From: the human T2T-CHM13v2.0 reference genome, Homo sapiens
DNA length: 64,000 nt
Direction: 5' to 3' (one strand)
NCBI RefSeq assembly: GCF_009914755.1
Contig: NC_060928.1
Position numbers and translations under genes: made by a program. This document shows, in pieces, positions 1 through 16,784 of the stretch; within the stretch, counting starts at the first letter, position 1, and each line of letters starts with the position of its first letter. The notes beneath the pieces were generated by a model. That model was not told where the DNA came from. It saw only the letters and a program-made list of their open reading frames with translations, and searched no databases.

Positions 1-593
1 AAGCATAGTAAAATTAGAATAAACAAAAATAATTTAAGATTAAAGAAACACATCCAGGTGTCAATTACTATAATAAATTCAACTATCGGGCTTATTCTAT
101 TTACAAGTCACGTCTTTAAAATTGAGACATATGCTGTTTATAAGGAACACCTGTAAAATATGAAGAAAGAAAGATAAAAAAATGAAAAAAGACTTATGAA
201 ACTAATACTAGTCAAAATAAACTTAGCATATCTACATTAACAGATAGATTTTTAAGAAAAAATTATTAGAGATGGAAAGGATCATCTCTACATGATGATG
301 TAAGTTTACCCTGAAGTTAATAATTTAAAACATATATGTACCCAATAAAATAGCCCTAATATATAAGATGCAAAAAGTAATAAATAGCAGACAGAGAGTG
401 CACCACAGAGGAAGTTTGCAACTCATCTCCCTTAATTACTTAGATAACTGCCACAAAAAGTTAGCAAGACTATATAGAAGATCTGGACAAGACAATTAAT
501 AAGCTTGATCTGATCATTAAAGAGTTTTGAATTCAACAATTAGAGAAAATGTATTTCTCTTGTACTATGCCATTAAAAAAAAACCTTAATAAT

Positions 594-628
594 ATCACTT
601 CTCAGTCTTTTGGCTACAATCAAGTGTA
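594..628 (+). pseudogene. U2 snRNA 5' fragment retrocopy (35 nt)
   Basis: atcacttctcagtcttttggctacaatcaagtgta vs U2 ATCGCTTCTCGGCCTTTTGGCTAAGATCAAGTGTA; flanked by aaaaacctta(a/g)ta direct repeats. Confidence 0.85.
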
Positions 629-642
629 CAAAAACCTTAGTA

Positions 643-965
<323 letters not shown>

Positions 966-1157
966 TTATAAAAATCATAATGTCTACCTATTACATATTT
1001 AAGTCAGAAGTTAACAAAAAGTTCAACTAGAAATTCCTTACATTTTTAATATTAAAACACATGCTAAATGACTCACAGGTTAAAAAAAATCATAATGGAA
1101 AACTTAAAACAAACTGAATTATAATGAAAAAAATACTTCAGCAAAAATAGAGTGGTA

Positions 1158-1453
1158 GGCCAGGCATGGAGGCTCACATCTGTAAACTCAACACTTTGGG
1201 AGCCCAGGCACGCAGATCACTTGAGGTGAGGAGTTCAAGACCAACCTGGCCACCATGGTGAAACCCTGTCTCTACTAAAAATACAAAAAGTTAGCTGGGT
1301 GTGGTGGTAGGTGCCTGTAGTCCCAGCTACTCGGGAAGCTGAGGCAGGAGAATCACTTGAACCCAGGAGGTGGAGGTTGCAGTGAGCCAAGATTGTGCCA
1401 CTGCACTCAGCCTGGGCAACAGAGCCAGACTGCATTTCAAAAAAAAAAAAAAA
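1158..1453 (+). mobile_element. Alu (S type)
   Basis: Dimeric Alu, poly(A), TSD agagtggta. Confidence 0.95.
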
Positions 1454-1889
1454 GAGTGGTACTTTAAGGAAAACTTACAGCCCTAATAATTATATTAGAG
1501 AAGAGAAAAGCCTCAAAATTAGCTAAGTATCAAGCTTAAGATGTGTAAAAAGAACAGTATACTATCCTAAACAAAATAGAAGAAATCATAAAAATTAGAG
1601 AGGAAGCCAATAACAACAATAAAAACAAAACAAAAATACATTGCTGATCTTCTGATCAATAAAGCCAAGTCAGTTCTTCGAAAACAATAACAAAATAAGA
1701 CAAACCTCAGGCAAGACTGGTCAGAAGAATAAAAACACAAACAATACAATGGTATCAGAGAATATGAATAAATTTAAGATAAAAATATTCAAAACTTCTA
1801 CAGGGAAATTTGCAAAACTTTATTATAAGATGTTACAAACAATTTTTAAATAAACAGAGATACAGCAAGTACATGGTATTAAATCTTAA

Positions 1890-2020
1890 TTTTTTTTTTT
1901 TCTGAGACAAGGTCTCACTATGTTGCCCAGGCTGGTCTCCAAACTCCTGAGCTCAAGCTATCCTCCTGTCTTGGCCTCCCAAAGTGTCGGGATTACAGGC
2001 GTGAGCCACCATGCTCAGCC
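1890..2020 (-). mobile_element. Alu monomer (FLAM-like)
   Basis: Left-monomer match, poly(T), TSD taaatctt. Confidence 0.9.
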
Positions 2021-2500
2021 CTAAATCTTGGTATTTTAAAGATGTCATCCCTTCTCAACTTTATAGGTACAATTCCAATTAAGATCCCAACAAGTTTTTC
2101 ATGAAACTTGATAAGATGATTCTAAAATATATATGAAAGAGTAAAGGACCAAGAACAGCCAGGTCACATCTAAGAACAGAGAGGGGAACTTGCACTATTT
2201 GATATTTGGATTTATGAAGCCATGGTAATTAAGGCAGTGTGGAACTGGTACAACAATATACAAATTAACCTACAGTATAAAATAGGGAGTCAAGAACACA
2301 CACAGCTACTTTAAACCTGATTATATGACAGAGGTAGCATTTCAGATCAGTGAGGAAAAGAGAGACTAATCAATAAAAAATGGTTACTATTCTAGCAAAA
2401 TTGGTAATTAAAAAGAAAAAGATGAAACTGGATCCCTACTTCATACCATATACAAAAGAAAAAAGAATCAACTTCAAGTGGACTGAAGATTTAAATCTCA

Positions 2501-3501
2501 TAGCCACCAAAACAGCATGGTACTGGTATAAAAACAGGCACACAAACCAATAGAACAGAATAGAGAGCCCAGAAATAAAGCCAAATACTTAGAGCCAACT
2601 GATCTTTGACAAAACAAACAAAAACATAAAGTGGAGAAAAAACACCCTATTCAACAAATGGTGCTGGGATAACTAGCAAGCCACATGTGGAGGAATGAAA
2701 TTGGATCCTCATCTCTCACCTTATACAAAATTCAACTAAACATGGATCGAGGATTTAAATCTAAGACCTGAAACCATAAAAATTCTAGAACATCAGAAAA
2801 ACCCTTCTGACTTTGGCTTAGGCTAAGACTTCATGACCAAAAACCCAAAAGCAAATACAATAAAAACAAAGCTAAATAAGTGGAACTTAATTAAACTATT
2901 AGTAAAAAGCTTCTGCACAGCAAAATTAACAATCATCAGGGTAAACAGACAACCCACAGAGTGGGAGAAAATATTCACAATCTATACATCTGACAAACGA
3001 TTAACACTCAGAATCTACAAGGAACTCAAACAAATCAGCAAGAAAAAAACCAAATGATCCCATCAAAAAGTGGGCTAAGGACATGAATAGACAATTCTCA
3101 AAAGAAGATACACAAATGGCCAACAAACATGAAAAAATGCTCAACATCCCTAATGATCAGGGAAATGCAAATCAAAACCACAAGGCAATACTGCCTTAAT
3201 CCTGCAAGAATGGCCATAATCAAAAAATCAAAATTAATAGATGTTGGCAGGGATGAAAGGGAACACTTTTACACTGCTAGTGGAAATGTAATCTAGTACA
3301 ACCAGTGGAAAACAGTGTGGAGATTCCTTAAAGAACTAAAAGTAGAACTACCATTTGATCCAACAATCCCACTACTGGGTATCTATTCAGAGGAAAACAC
3401 AAAAAAGATACTTACACGTTTATAGCAGCACAATTCCCAATTACAAAAATATGGAACCAGCCCAAATGCCTATCAATCAACAAGTGGATAAAGAAATTGT
3501 G

Positions 3502-3543
<42 letters not shown>

Positions 3544-3905
3544 ATGGAATACTATTCAGCCATAAAAAGAAACGAATAATGGCATTTGCAACAACCTGGA
3601 TGGAACTGGAGACCACTATTCTAAGTGAAGTAACTCAGGAATGGAAAAATCAAACATCGTATGTTCTTACTCATAAGTGGGAGCTAAGTTATGAGGGTAC
3701 AAAGGCATAATAATAATACAATGGACTTTGGGGACTCAGGGGAAAGGGTAAGGGGGGCAGTGAAGGATAAAAAGACTACAAATTTGATACGGTGTATACT
3801 GATCAGGTGATAGGTGTAGCAAAATCTCAGAAATCACTACTAAAGAGCTTATTCACGTAACCAAACACCACCTGTTCCCTCAAAAAATTATGGAAATTAA
3901 TAATA
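2501..3905 (+). mobile_element. 5'-truncated L1PB1-like element nested in older L1
   Basis: ORF2 3' remnant (ORF 2833-3057), L1PB-type 3'UTR, TSD aagatttaaat(c/g)tca at 2486-2500 and 3906-3920. Confidence 0.85.
3504..3541. repeat. (AC)19 microsatellite
   Basis: Perfect dinucleotide run inside L1PB. Confidence 0.97.
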
Positions 3906-3920
3906 AAGATTTAAATGTCA

Positions 3921-4960
3921 AAAACCAAACCGTAAAACATTTAGTAGAAAATATAGGTGAGTAATTTTAGAACTCAGCATAGGAAAAGATTTTTAAGGTA
4001 AGATGCAAAAAGCACTGTCAAAAAGAAAAGATTACTAATAAATATGACTATTCTAAAATTAAGAATTTTTATTTATCTAAAGACACCTTAAAGTAAGTGA
4101 AAAGACATGATCTGATGAGCAGATATTTATAATATACATAATCAACAAAGAATATGAAGAATACATAAAGAACTTCTATAAATAAAAGAAGGTTATAAAG
4201 AACCCAATAGTAAAATGGCTAAGAAGAAACACATGTAACTAAAAAACACATGAAGAGTATTTTAACATCAGTGGTGAGCAGAGAAGTGTGAGCTAAAACC
4301 ACAATGCAATCATCTTATACTCATTTGAATGGGTTGATCCATAAGATCTCTTATACTTAGAATGAGTACAAACTGATAGAGCCACTTTGGAAATCAGTTT
4401 GGCATCACAATCTAAAGATGTGTGAAGTATGTTCATATGCTGTAAGGCAGCATTTTCATTCCTAGAGTAATATTCAAAAGAAACCCATACATGTCTAAAA
4501 GACAGTACAAGAATAATATTCGTAACACCCTGTTCACAATGGTAAAACTTAGAAACCCAAACAACAATGAAAACAATAAACTATAGCATGTTTACAAAAT
4601 ATTATACAACAGTCAAAACAAATAATCTAGACTCTAGATTTGAGAACAACATGGATAAATTGTAGCAACATACTAACCAAAAAAAGATAAATTCCAAAAG
4701 ATTATATACAGAATGACATCATTTTAGTAAGGTCTAAAAAAACTAAAAATTTTATATAGCTCTTTAGGAATTCATTTACATAAATCTATACACAGAAGAA
4801 AGAAAAATGCTGGTGAGTGCAAGGATCAAAATGATAATTACCTTGGGTTTGGAGAGACAAGATGAGGTAATGGGGTTAACTTAAATGTAGGTTGGTATAA
4901 AGGTACTAGATTTTGATTTGGTTTGTGGGCTCACAGATGCTTATTGTATTATTTTAAGTA
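3921..4960 (+). mobile_element. Old L1M/L1ME 3' remnant, continuation of 1-2500
   Basis: Resumes colinear degenerate L1 sequence after TSD. Confidence 0.65.
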
Positions 4961-5064
4961 AGTTACTAATTAAATAACTAAATGAAGGTGAGCTATGTGA
5001 GGACCAATGACTAAGAGTAGGTCACAAAATCTCAAATAATGATTAATCCAACTTAGTGTACCTA

Positions 5065-5400
<336 letters not shown>

Positions 5401-5629
5401 ATGTTTAAAGAATTTTATTTCCAAATATACAAAATTTGGGGTTCAATGTTGCCAAATTACATAGACAATAAAAGAAGCATCAACAAACTTATTATTACGT
5501 ATTTTCAGTTTATTTTCGACATTAAATCAGAGCACAGTTGAATCAATATACTTACTTATATGATTCCAAGAACTAATTAAATGTTTCTCGTATCCCTTTT
5601 AATAAAGTTTTTAAAAAGGCCTAACATTT

Positions 5630-6660
5630 GGGGGGAAGAGCCAAGATGGCCAAATAAGAACAGCTCCAGTCTACAGCTCCCAGCGTGAGCAATGCAGAAG
5701 ACGGGTGATTTCTGCATTTCCAACTGAGATACCGGGTTCATCTCACTGGGGAGTGTTGGACAGTGGGTGCAGGACAGTGGGTACAGTGCACCGAGCATGA
5801 GCCGAAGCAGGGTGAGGCATCGCCTCACCCGGGAAGTGCAAGGGGTCAGGGAATTCTCTTTCCTAGTCAAAGAAAGGTGTGACAGACGGCACCTGGAAAA
5901 TTTGGGTCACTCCCACTCTAATACTGCGCTTTTCCAACAGTCTTAGCAAACAGCACACCAGGATATTATATCCCGTGCCTGGATCAGAGGGTCCTACACC
6001 CACGGAGCCTCGCTCATTGCTAACAGAGCAGTCTCAGATCAAACTGCAAGGCAGGAGCTAGGCCAGGGGAAGGGGTGCCTGCCATTGCAGAGGCTTGAGT
6101 AGGTAAACAAAGTGGCAGGAAGCTCGAACTGGGTGGAGCCCACCGCAGCTCATGGAGGACTGCCTGCCTCTGTAGACTCCCCCTCTGGGGGGCAGGACTT
6201 AGCCAAACAAAAGGCAACAGACACCTCTGCAGACTTAAATGTCCCTGTCTGACAGCTTTGAAGAGAGTAGTGGTTCTCCCAGCACGCAGCTGGACATCTG
6301 AGAATGGACAGACTGCATCCTCAAGTGGGTCCCTGACCCCCAAGTAGCCTAACTGGGAGGCACCCCCCAGTAGGGGCAGACTGACAACTCACACGGCTGG
6401 GTACTCCTCTGAGACAAAACTTCCAGAGGAACAATCAGGCAGCAACATTTGCTGTTCACCAATATCCGCTGTTCTGCAGCCTCCGCTGCTGATACCCAGG
6501 CAAACAGGGTCTGGAGTGGACCTCCAGCAAACTCCAACAGACCTGCAGCTGAGGGTCCTGACTGTTAGAGGGAAAATTAACAAACAGAAAGGACATCCAA
6601 ACCAAAACCCCATCTGTACGTCACCATCATCAAAGACCAATGGTAGATAAAACCACAAAG
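5630..6660. promoter_or_regulatory. L1 5'UTR: internal sense promoter (YY1 core CAAGATGGCC 5642-5651) and antisense promoter region
   Basis: Colinear with primate L1 5'UTR; activity not demonstrable from sequence, many CpGs decayed. Confidence 0.75.
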
Positions 6661-7677
6661 ATGGGGAAAAAACAGAGCAGAAAAACTGGAAACTCTAAAA
6701 ATCAGAGCGCCTCTCCTCCTCCAAAGGAACGCAGCTCCTCACCAGCAACAGAACAAAGCTGGACAGAGAATGACTTTGACAAGTCGAGAGAAGAAGGCTC
6801 CAGACGATCAAACTACTCCCAGCTAAAGGAGGAAGTTTGAACCCATGGCAAAGAAGTTAAAAACCTTGAAAAAAAATTAGACGAATGGCTAACAAGAATA
6901 ACCAACGCACAGAAGTCCTTAAAGGACCTGATGGAGCTGAAAACCATGGCACGAGAACTGCATGATAAATGCACAAGACTCAGTAGCCGATTCGATCAAC
7001 TGGAAGAAAGGGTATCAGTGATGGAAGATCAAATGAATGAAATGAAGCAAGAAGAGAAGTTTATGGAAAAAAGAATAAAAAGAAATGAACCAAGCCTCCA
7101 AGAAATATGGGACTATGTGAAAAGACCAAATCTACGTCTGATTGGTGTACCTGAAAGTGACAGGGAGAATGGAACCAAGTTGGAAAACACTCTGCAGGAT
7201 ATTATCCAGGAAAACTTCCCCAATCTAGCAAGGCAGGCCAACATTCAAATTCAGGAAATACAGAGAATGCCACAAACATACTCCTCAAGAACAGCAACTC
7301 CAACACACATAATCGTCAGATTCACCAAAGTTGAAATGAAGGAAAAAATGTTAAGGGCGGCCAAAGAGAAAGGTCGAGTTACCCACAAAGGGAAGCCCAT
7401 TAGACTAACAGCTGATCTCTCAGCAGAAACTGTACAAGCCAGAAGAAAGTGGGGGCCAATATTCAACATTCTTAAAGAAAAGAATTTTCAACCCAGAATT
7501 TCATATCCAGTCAAACTAAGCTTCATAAGTGAAGGAGAAATAAAATCCTTTACAGACAAGCAAATGCTGAGAGATTTTGTCACCACCAGGCCTGCCCTAA
7601 AAGAGCTCCTGAAGGAAGCGCTAAACATGGAAAGGAATAACTGGTACCAGCCACTGCAAAAACATGCCAAATTGTAA
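6661..7677 (+). pseudogene. L1 ORF1p, disrupted by TGA at 6838-6840
   Basis: MGKKQSRKTGNSKNQSAS... to ...LQKHAKL; one in-frame stop (CGA>TGA type). Confidence 0.95.
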
Positions 7678-7740
7678 AGCCCGTCGACGCTAGGAAGAAA
7701 CTGCATCAACTAACGAGCAAAATAACCAGCTAACATCATA

Positions 7741-11563
<3,823 letters not shown>

Positions 11564-12002
11564 ACAATGAGAACACATGGACACAGGAAGGGGAACATCA
11601 CACACTGGGGCCTGTTGTGGGGTGGGGGGAGGGGGGAGGGATAGCATTAGGAGATATACCTAATGTTAAATGATGAGTTAATGGGTGCAGCACACCAACA
11701 TGGCACATGTATACACATGTAACAAACCTACACGTTGTGCACATGTACCCTAAAACTTAAAGTATAATAAAAATAAAAATAAAAATAAATAAAAAAATAA
11801 AAATAAAAAGCCCTAATATCTTAAAAATATGTTTTTTAGAAGTGGTCTAATTTATTATACAATTAGTTTATAATACATATTACTATTAAATTATACTTTT
11901 AAAATTTAATATAAAATTCTTTAATATAAACAATTTATACAGCTGTATGTAATGGAGATAATAAGGCTAGACTGAATCGCCAGTATGATCAGATCAACTT
12001 AC

Positions 12003-12142
12003 TTTTGCTATAAGCTGAAGATCTTTCCTTCCGACTTAGCTTAAGATAAAGTTTGGTTTTTGGTTCATTATAAAACTCAGGATTTACAGTAGTAAACTTC
12101 TTTAGTTTGCCATACTGTTTTCTCTGAAAATCAAATCCTTTT
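12003..12142 (-). CDS. ZGRF1: ZGRF1 exon 16 (KGFDFQRKQYGK...SSAYSK)
   Basis: 140 nt, phase 2-1, ttttcag|A and AAAA|gtaagt. Confidence 0.94.
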
Positions 12143-12384
12143 CTGAAAAGGGAATAAAAAATAAAAATGAATTGTAATATTAAGATGCAAGTTTTTTGAA
12201 AATCTTTAAAATACAGTATGAAAAGAACCAGGGTTTCATATGTTTACCTAGTTTCATACATGTATACAAAATATAAATATACTGTATCAAAGTAAGAAAA
12301 TAACAACTGTCACAGAACTGTCATCAGTTTTAGAAGAGACTGAGATAGAAAAGTATCTAAAAGATAGAACACCTCGTGTGCTTT

Positions 12385-13400
12385 TTAAAATTTTTAAATT
12401 TAATTTTGTTTATTGGTATATAATAGTTACACATATTTTGGGAGTACATGTGATATCCTGATACCTTTACACATTGTGTAATGATCAGATCAAATCAGGG
12501 AAACTGGGATATTCATCACTTCAAACACTGATCTTTTCTTTGTGTTGGGAACATTACAATTCTTCTCTTCTAGTTATTCTGATATATACAATAAATTATT
12601 GTTAACTATAATTTCCCTACTGTATTCCTTTTTTTTTTTTTTTTAACACTTTAACCAACCTCTCTTCATTTCCCACCCCCTTTTCTTCCCAGCCTCTGGT
12701 AACCATCATTCTATTCTCTTACTTCCATGAGATCTGCTTTTTTAGCTCCACACATGAGTAAGAACATGCAATATTTGTCTTTCTATATCTGGCTTTTTCC
12801 TTTTTTTTTGAGACAGAGTCTGGCTTTGTTGCCCAGGCTGGAAGTGCAGTGGCATGACCTTGGCTCACTGCAACCTCCACCTCCTTGGGCTCAAGCCATC
12901 CTCCCGTCTCAGCCTCCCAAGTAGCTGGGACTACAGGTGCAGGCCACCACACCTGGCTAATTTTTGTAGAGACGAGGTTTCATGAGACGACGTTTCATCA
13001 TGTTGCCCAGGCTGGTCTGGTACTCCTGTGTTCAAGTGATTCACCCACCTTAGCCTCCCAAAGTTCTGGGATTACAGGCGTGAGATCATGCCTGGCCTTT
13101 GGTTTATTTCACTTAACATAATGACCTCCAGTTGCTGCAAATGACAAGATTTCATTCTTTTTTATGGCTGAGTAAGATCCCATTGTGTGTGTGTGTTTAC
13201 ATACCACATTTTCTTTATCCATTCATCCATTGATGGACACTTAGGTTGATTCCATATCTTGGCTATTGTGAATACTGCTGAAATAAACATGAAAGTGCAG
13301 GTATCTCTTTGATATACTTATTTCCTTTCTTTTGGATACATACCCAAGAATGGGATTGCTGGATCATATGATAGTTCTATTTTTATTTTTTTGCGGAACC
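12385..13400 (-). mobile_element. L1MA-type 3' end fragment interrupted by an Alu
   Basis: Reverse-complement L1 3'UTR/ORF2 end (ccattcatccattgatggacacttaggttgattccatatcttggctattgtgaa). Confidence 0.8.
12796..13097 (-). mobile_element. Alu (J type) with 15-nt internal tandem duplication
   Basis: Antisense Alu consensus match. Confidence 0.93.
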
Positions 13401-13545
13401 TCATTTTCTAAACTATAAAACGGGAATAACTTATTCCGATATCTCCATCTTACGGGCTATTATAATAATTGCATAAAATAATTCATGCGAAGTGCCTAGT
13501 TAGAAGAGGGCCTGGCATATATCAGCTCCGAATAAAAATCTTACT
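13400..13545 (+). mobile_element. MIR fragment
   Basis: ctataaaacgggaataa...gcctggcatat...aataaa core similarity. Confidence 0.6.
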
Positions 13546-13863
13546 ACTAAATCACCATGCAAATAGTCATTATATTTATTTTGAATAATCTAAACTTTTA
13601 TAAGACATACTTCCAAAAAGTAGCATTCTATTACCCTATAAGCTATGTAGTTCAGACATGCAAATGATCACTTATTTATTATGCCACACTGCTAAAAATT
13701 ATTCCTATAGTTTGTCGGATAGGGTTTCCCTTAGGATTGTGGAAAATAGCCCCGACTATATACAAAATAAGTTAGAAAAATAGCACCCTGCTAGTTATCC
13801 TGATATTGCTGACATTGTTTGATGTTTAGAGGGAGCCGAAATAACTTTAAAGACTTATTCCCT

Positions 13864-14165
13864 GGCCGAGCATGATAGCTCACACCTCTAATTCCAGCAC
13901 TTTGGGAGGGTGAGATGGGAGGATCATTTGAGTCCAGGAGTTTGAAACTAGCCTGGGCAACATAGCAAGACCCCAACTCTACAAAAATTTCAAATTAGCT
14001 GGGCATGGTGGCATGTGCCTGAAGTCCTAGCTACTCAGGAGGCTGAGGTGGGTGGAGAGCTTCAGCCCAGGAGTTGAAGGTTGCAGTGAGCTAAGGATCA
14101 CACCACTGCACTCCAGCCTGGGCAACAGAGCAAGAGCTTGTAACTATATAATTAAAAAAAAAAAG
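13864..14165 (+). mobile_element. Alu (J type)
   Basis: Dimeric Alu, TSD aaagacttattccc. Confidence 0.95.
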
Positions 14166-14317
14166 ACTTATTCCCATTTTGCAGGTTTAGAAACTGAGGT
14201 ATTCCATCTTTTAAATAGTTTTCCTATCTTAATCTCTTTTAAAACTGATGATAGTTCTGTGAAGGCTGTTGTTCTCTTATATAATCACAGGCAATTATTT
14301 GGTACTATAAAACATAC

Positions 14318-14514
14318 CTCACCAAAAGCTGGCATTCCTCATAAAGTGGTATCTTTTGACTTCTTAAATATAAGCCAATACTCTTAATATCACTTAAAAC
14401 CATGCCAGGTCGAGCTCCTTCCTGTGTTGAATATCCTGGAGTCACGTCCTCAAGCCATTTAAAGAATTTACATCGATCAGCTTTGGGTCCATCACATGTA
14501 TAAAAGAGACGACC
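14318..14514 (-). CDS. ZGRF1: ZGRF1 exon 15 (GRLFYTCDGPKADRCKFFKW...QLLVR), second half of GRF zinc finger
   Basis: 197 nt, phase 0-2, ccttag|GGT and GAG|gtatgt; GRxFY-C...C-xFFxW motif. Confidence 0.96.
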
Positions 14515-15462
14515 CTAAGGGGAAAGAAAAAAGATCAACATTTAGTGAAAAAAATGCTTTTATTTTTCGATTATTTTTGTGTTTGTCAAGGCTTCTATGA
14601 AGACTGCTTGGCATTACTGTACTCCAGTAAATTAGTCACTATATGACTTAACTTTATCATTAATTTAAAATTTAAAACCACCTACTTTTCCATTTACTTT
14701 CTCTTTATCAAAAGATTACATTATTCTGAGAATAAAAGCTTATTTGAAAATTTGTTTTTCTGATTTAAAATGTTCACTATAAACAACCTGAAAACTGTCC
14801 AGAAACACTGAATATCTTATCCATTTATTTCTATCCTTTTTTCTCATTCGCGTAAGTACACACACACCACAACCCAAAAAGAACAAACACATGTAAATTT
14901 TTTTTACACAAAACTCAGATGATACATTTTCTACTCTGTAACCTAGCCCTTGTACCCAACAACATAGTACGAGCATGCAACTATGTCATCAAATAATCTT
15001 AAAAAGAAAACAAAGATTTTTAGTGGCTATATTTTAGTCCACAGTTATATCACTACTCATGAATTTTTGCTTTTGACACCTAAATTTAAATCCAAATTTA
15101 CACACTTAGCTAACAATGAAGTGGGATATGCAAATGGTGGAAGCAAACTGTATTATGAATGAAAGCACAGTTCTACAATGAGTATAAGTCATCAATCAAC
15201 ATACATTTTACTAACCTGACTTCCTCCATAATATATTATTAACAATGTAAATTAAGCCAGCATACTTTTCTATTCCTCTGGCCTTATCTGTTACTTGTAC
15301 TGGGGATTACATGGTAGACTAGTTTCAACCTTCATTTCTTTCAGGCTCATTTCTGAATTCTCTAAGCTCTCAGGTTGGAACATATCCCCCTTCTCAGTGA
15401 TCTCACTGTAACTTGAGCATATTCCTCCTATTTTATCAATTACAGAAGTATGTAAAATTTTC

Positions 15463-15640
15463 AGCTGGGCACAGTGGCTTATGCCTGTAATCCTAGCACT
15501 TTGGGAGGCCAAGGCGGGAGGATGGCTTGAGCCCGGAAGTTCAAGGCTGCAGTGAGCTATGATCATGCTACTGCACTCCATCCTGGGCAACAGTGAGACC
15601 CTGTGTCTAAAAAAATAGTAATAATAAAAATAAATAAAAA
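15463..15640 (+). mobile_element. Alu monomer/internally recombined Alu
   Basis: Single-monomer Alu match. Confidence 0.88.
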
Positions 15641-15880
15641 TACTATACAAAAAGTTCCTAAGCAACTTGAAGGTTAATCTTAACTCATATTTTTGTATCC
15701 TAGAGCACAAATCATTCTTTCAATAAAACTTTGAGAATTTAATGTATGTTAGGTACCAACACCTCAAATAGAAAGCTCTTAATCAAGACTCACTCTTTAA
15801 GCTTATCATGAAGTAATAGGTATCTAAACCCTTTATAAGACAAGTATTTGGTATGGTAGGGGGAGGGGAAGCAAGAATAC

Positions 15881-16065
15881 CTTATTTGGACCTTCCTTTT
15901 TAACCATGACAAGTTTTGCAGGTTGACTATGATGGCAGGATGGTACATTATTTTCTGCGTTTTTCAGTTTCTCTCCCTTCAATGATGTATAAAATGATAT
16001 GTCAACTTTTGAAAGAGCTTTCTGCAGGTTTTGTGCTAACCCAAACAGCAATATATTTAGATGTT
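15881..16065 (-). CDS. ZGRF1: ZGRF1 exon 14 (EHLNILLFG...PSCHHSQPAKLVMVKKEGPNK), first half of GRF zinc finger
   Basis: 185 nt, phase 1-0, poly-T + gtag acceptor, AAG|gtattc donor. Confidence 0.95.
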
Positions 16066-16295
16066 CTACAAAAAAAAAAAAAAGAGAGCAGAAAATTAAA
16101 TACAAAATAATTTTGTTTGTATCACATATGTGCTGTTTGTAGCTAAATTTGAATAGCCTTTAAACAGAGTCATATAATAGGAATATCCGTTTTTAAAAGT
16201 TATTTTCTGCTAAATTTAACAGGTCATTTGTAACACTTCTAGTTAAAAAAAAAAAAAAAAGGAAGAAAAACTCTTAACTTTCAAAAGATAATACT

Positions 16296-16592
16296 GGCCA
16301 AGTGTGGTGGCTCATGCCTGTAATCAACGCACTTTGGGAGGCCAAGGCGAGTAGATTGCTTGAGCCCCCTAGGGGTTGAAGACCAGCCTGAGCCATATGG
16401 TGAGACCTCATTTCTGCTAAAAATACAAAAATTAGCTGGGTGTGGTGGTGTGCACCTGTGGTTCCAGCTACTTGGGAGGCTGAAGTGGGAGGATCACTTG
16501 AACCTGGAAGGCAAGGTTACAGTAAGCCAAGACTGCTCCACTGCACTCCAGCCTGGGCAACATAGTGAGATCCTGTCTCAAAAAAAAAAAAG
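16296..16592 (+). mobile_element. Alu (J type)
   Basis: Dimeric Alu, poly(A). Confidence 0.93.
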
Positions 16593-16784
16593 AAGATTGT
16601 AATTTCCCACTTTTAAAACTCAGTTTTGATCTGAAATTAGAATAAAAGTTACTGTCAAAAACTAGAACATATGAAAAATAAGGTATTTAGTATGAAAATT
16701 CACAATATAATGTATTAAATTCTCACAATTTTACTACTTACATGAAGCAGCAATCATGATACAATAAAAACACAACAGCCATAC

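Noticed and set aside
11619-11640. G-quadruplex-forming run GGGGTGGGGGGAGGGGGGAGGG
   Set aside because: Standard feature of primate L1 3'UTRs
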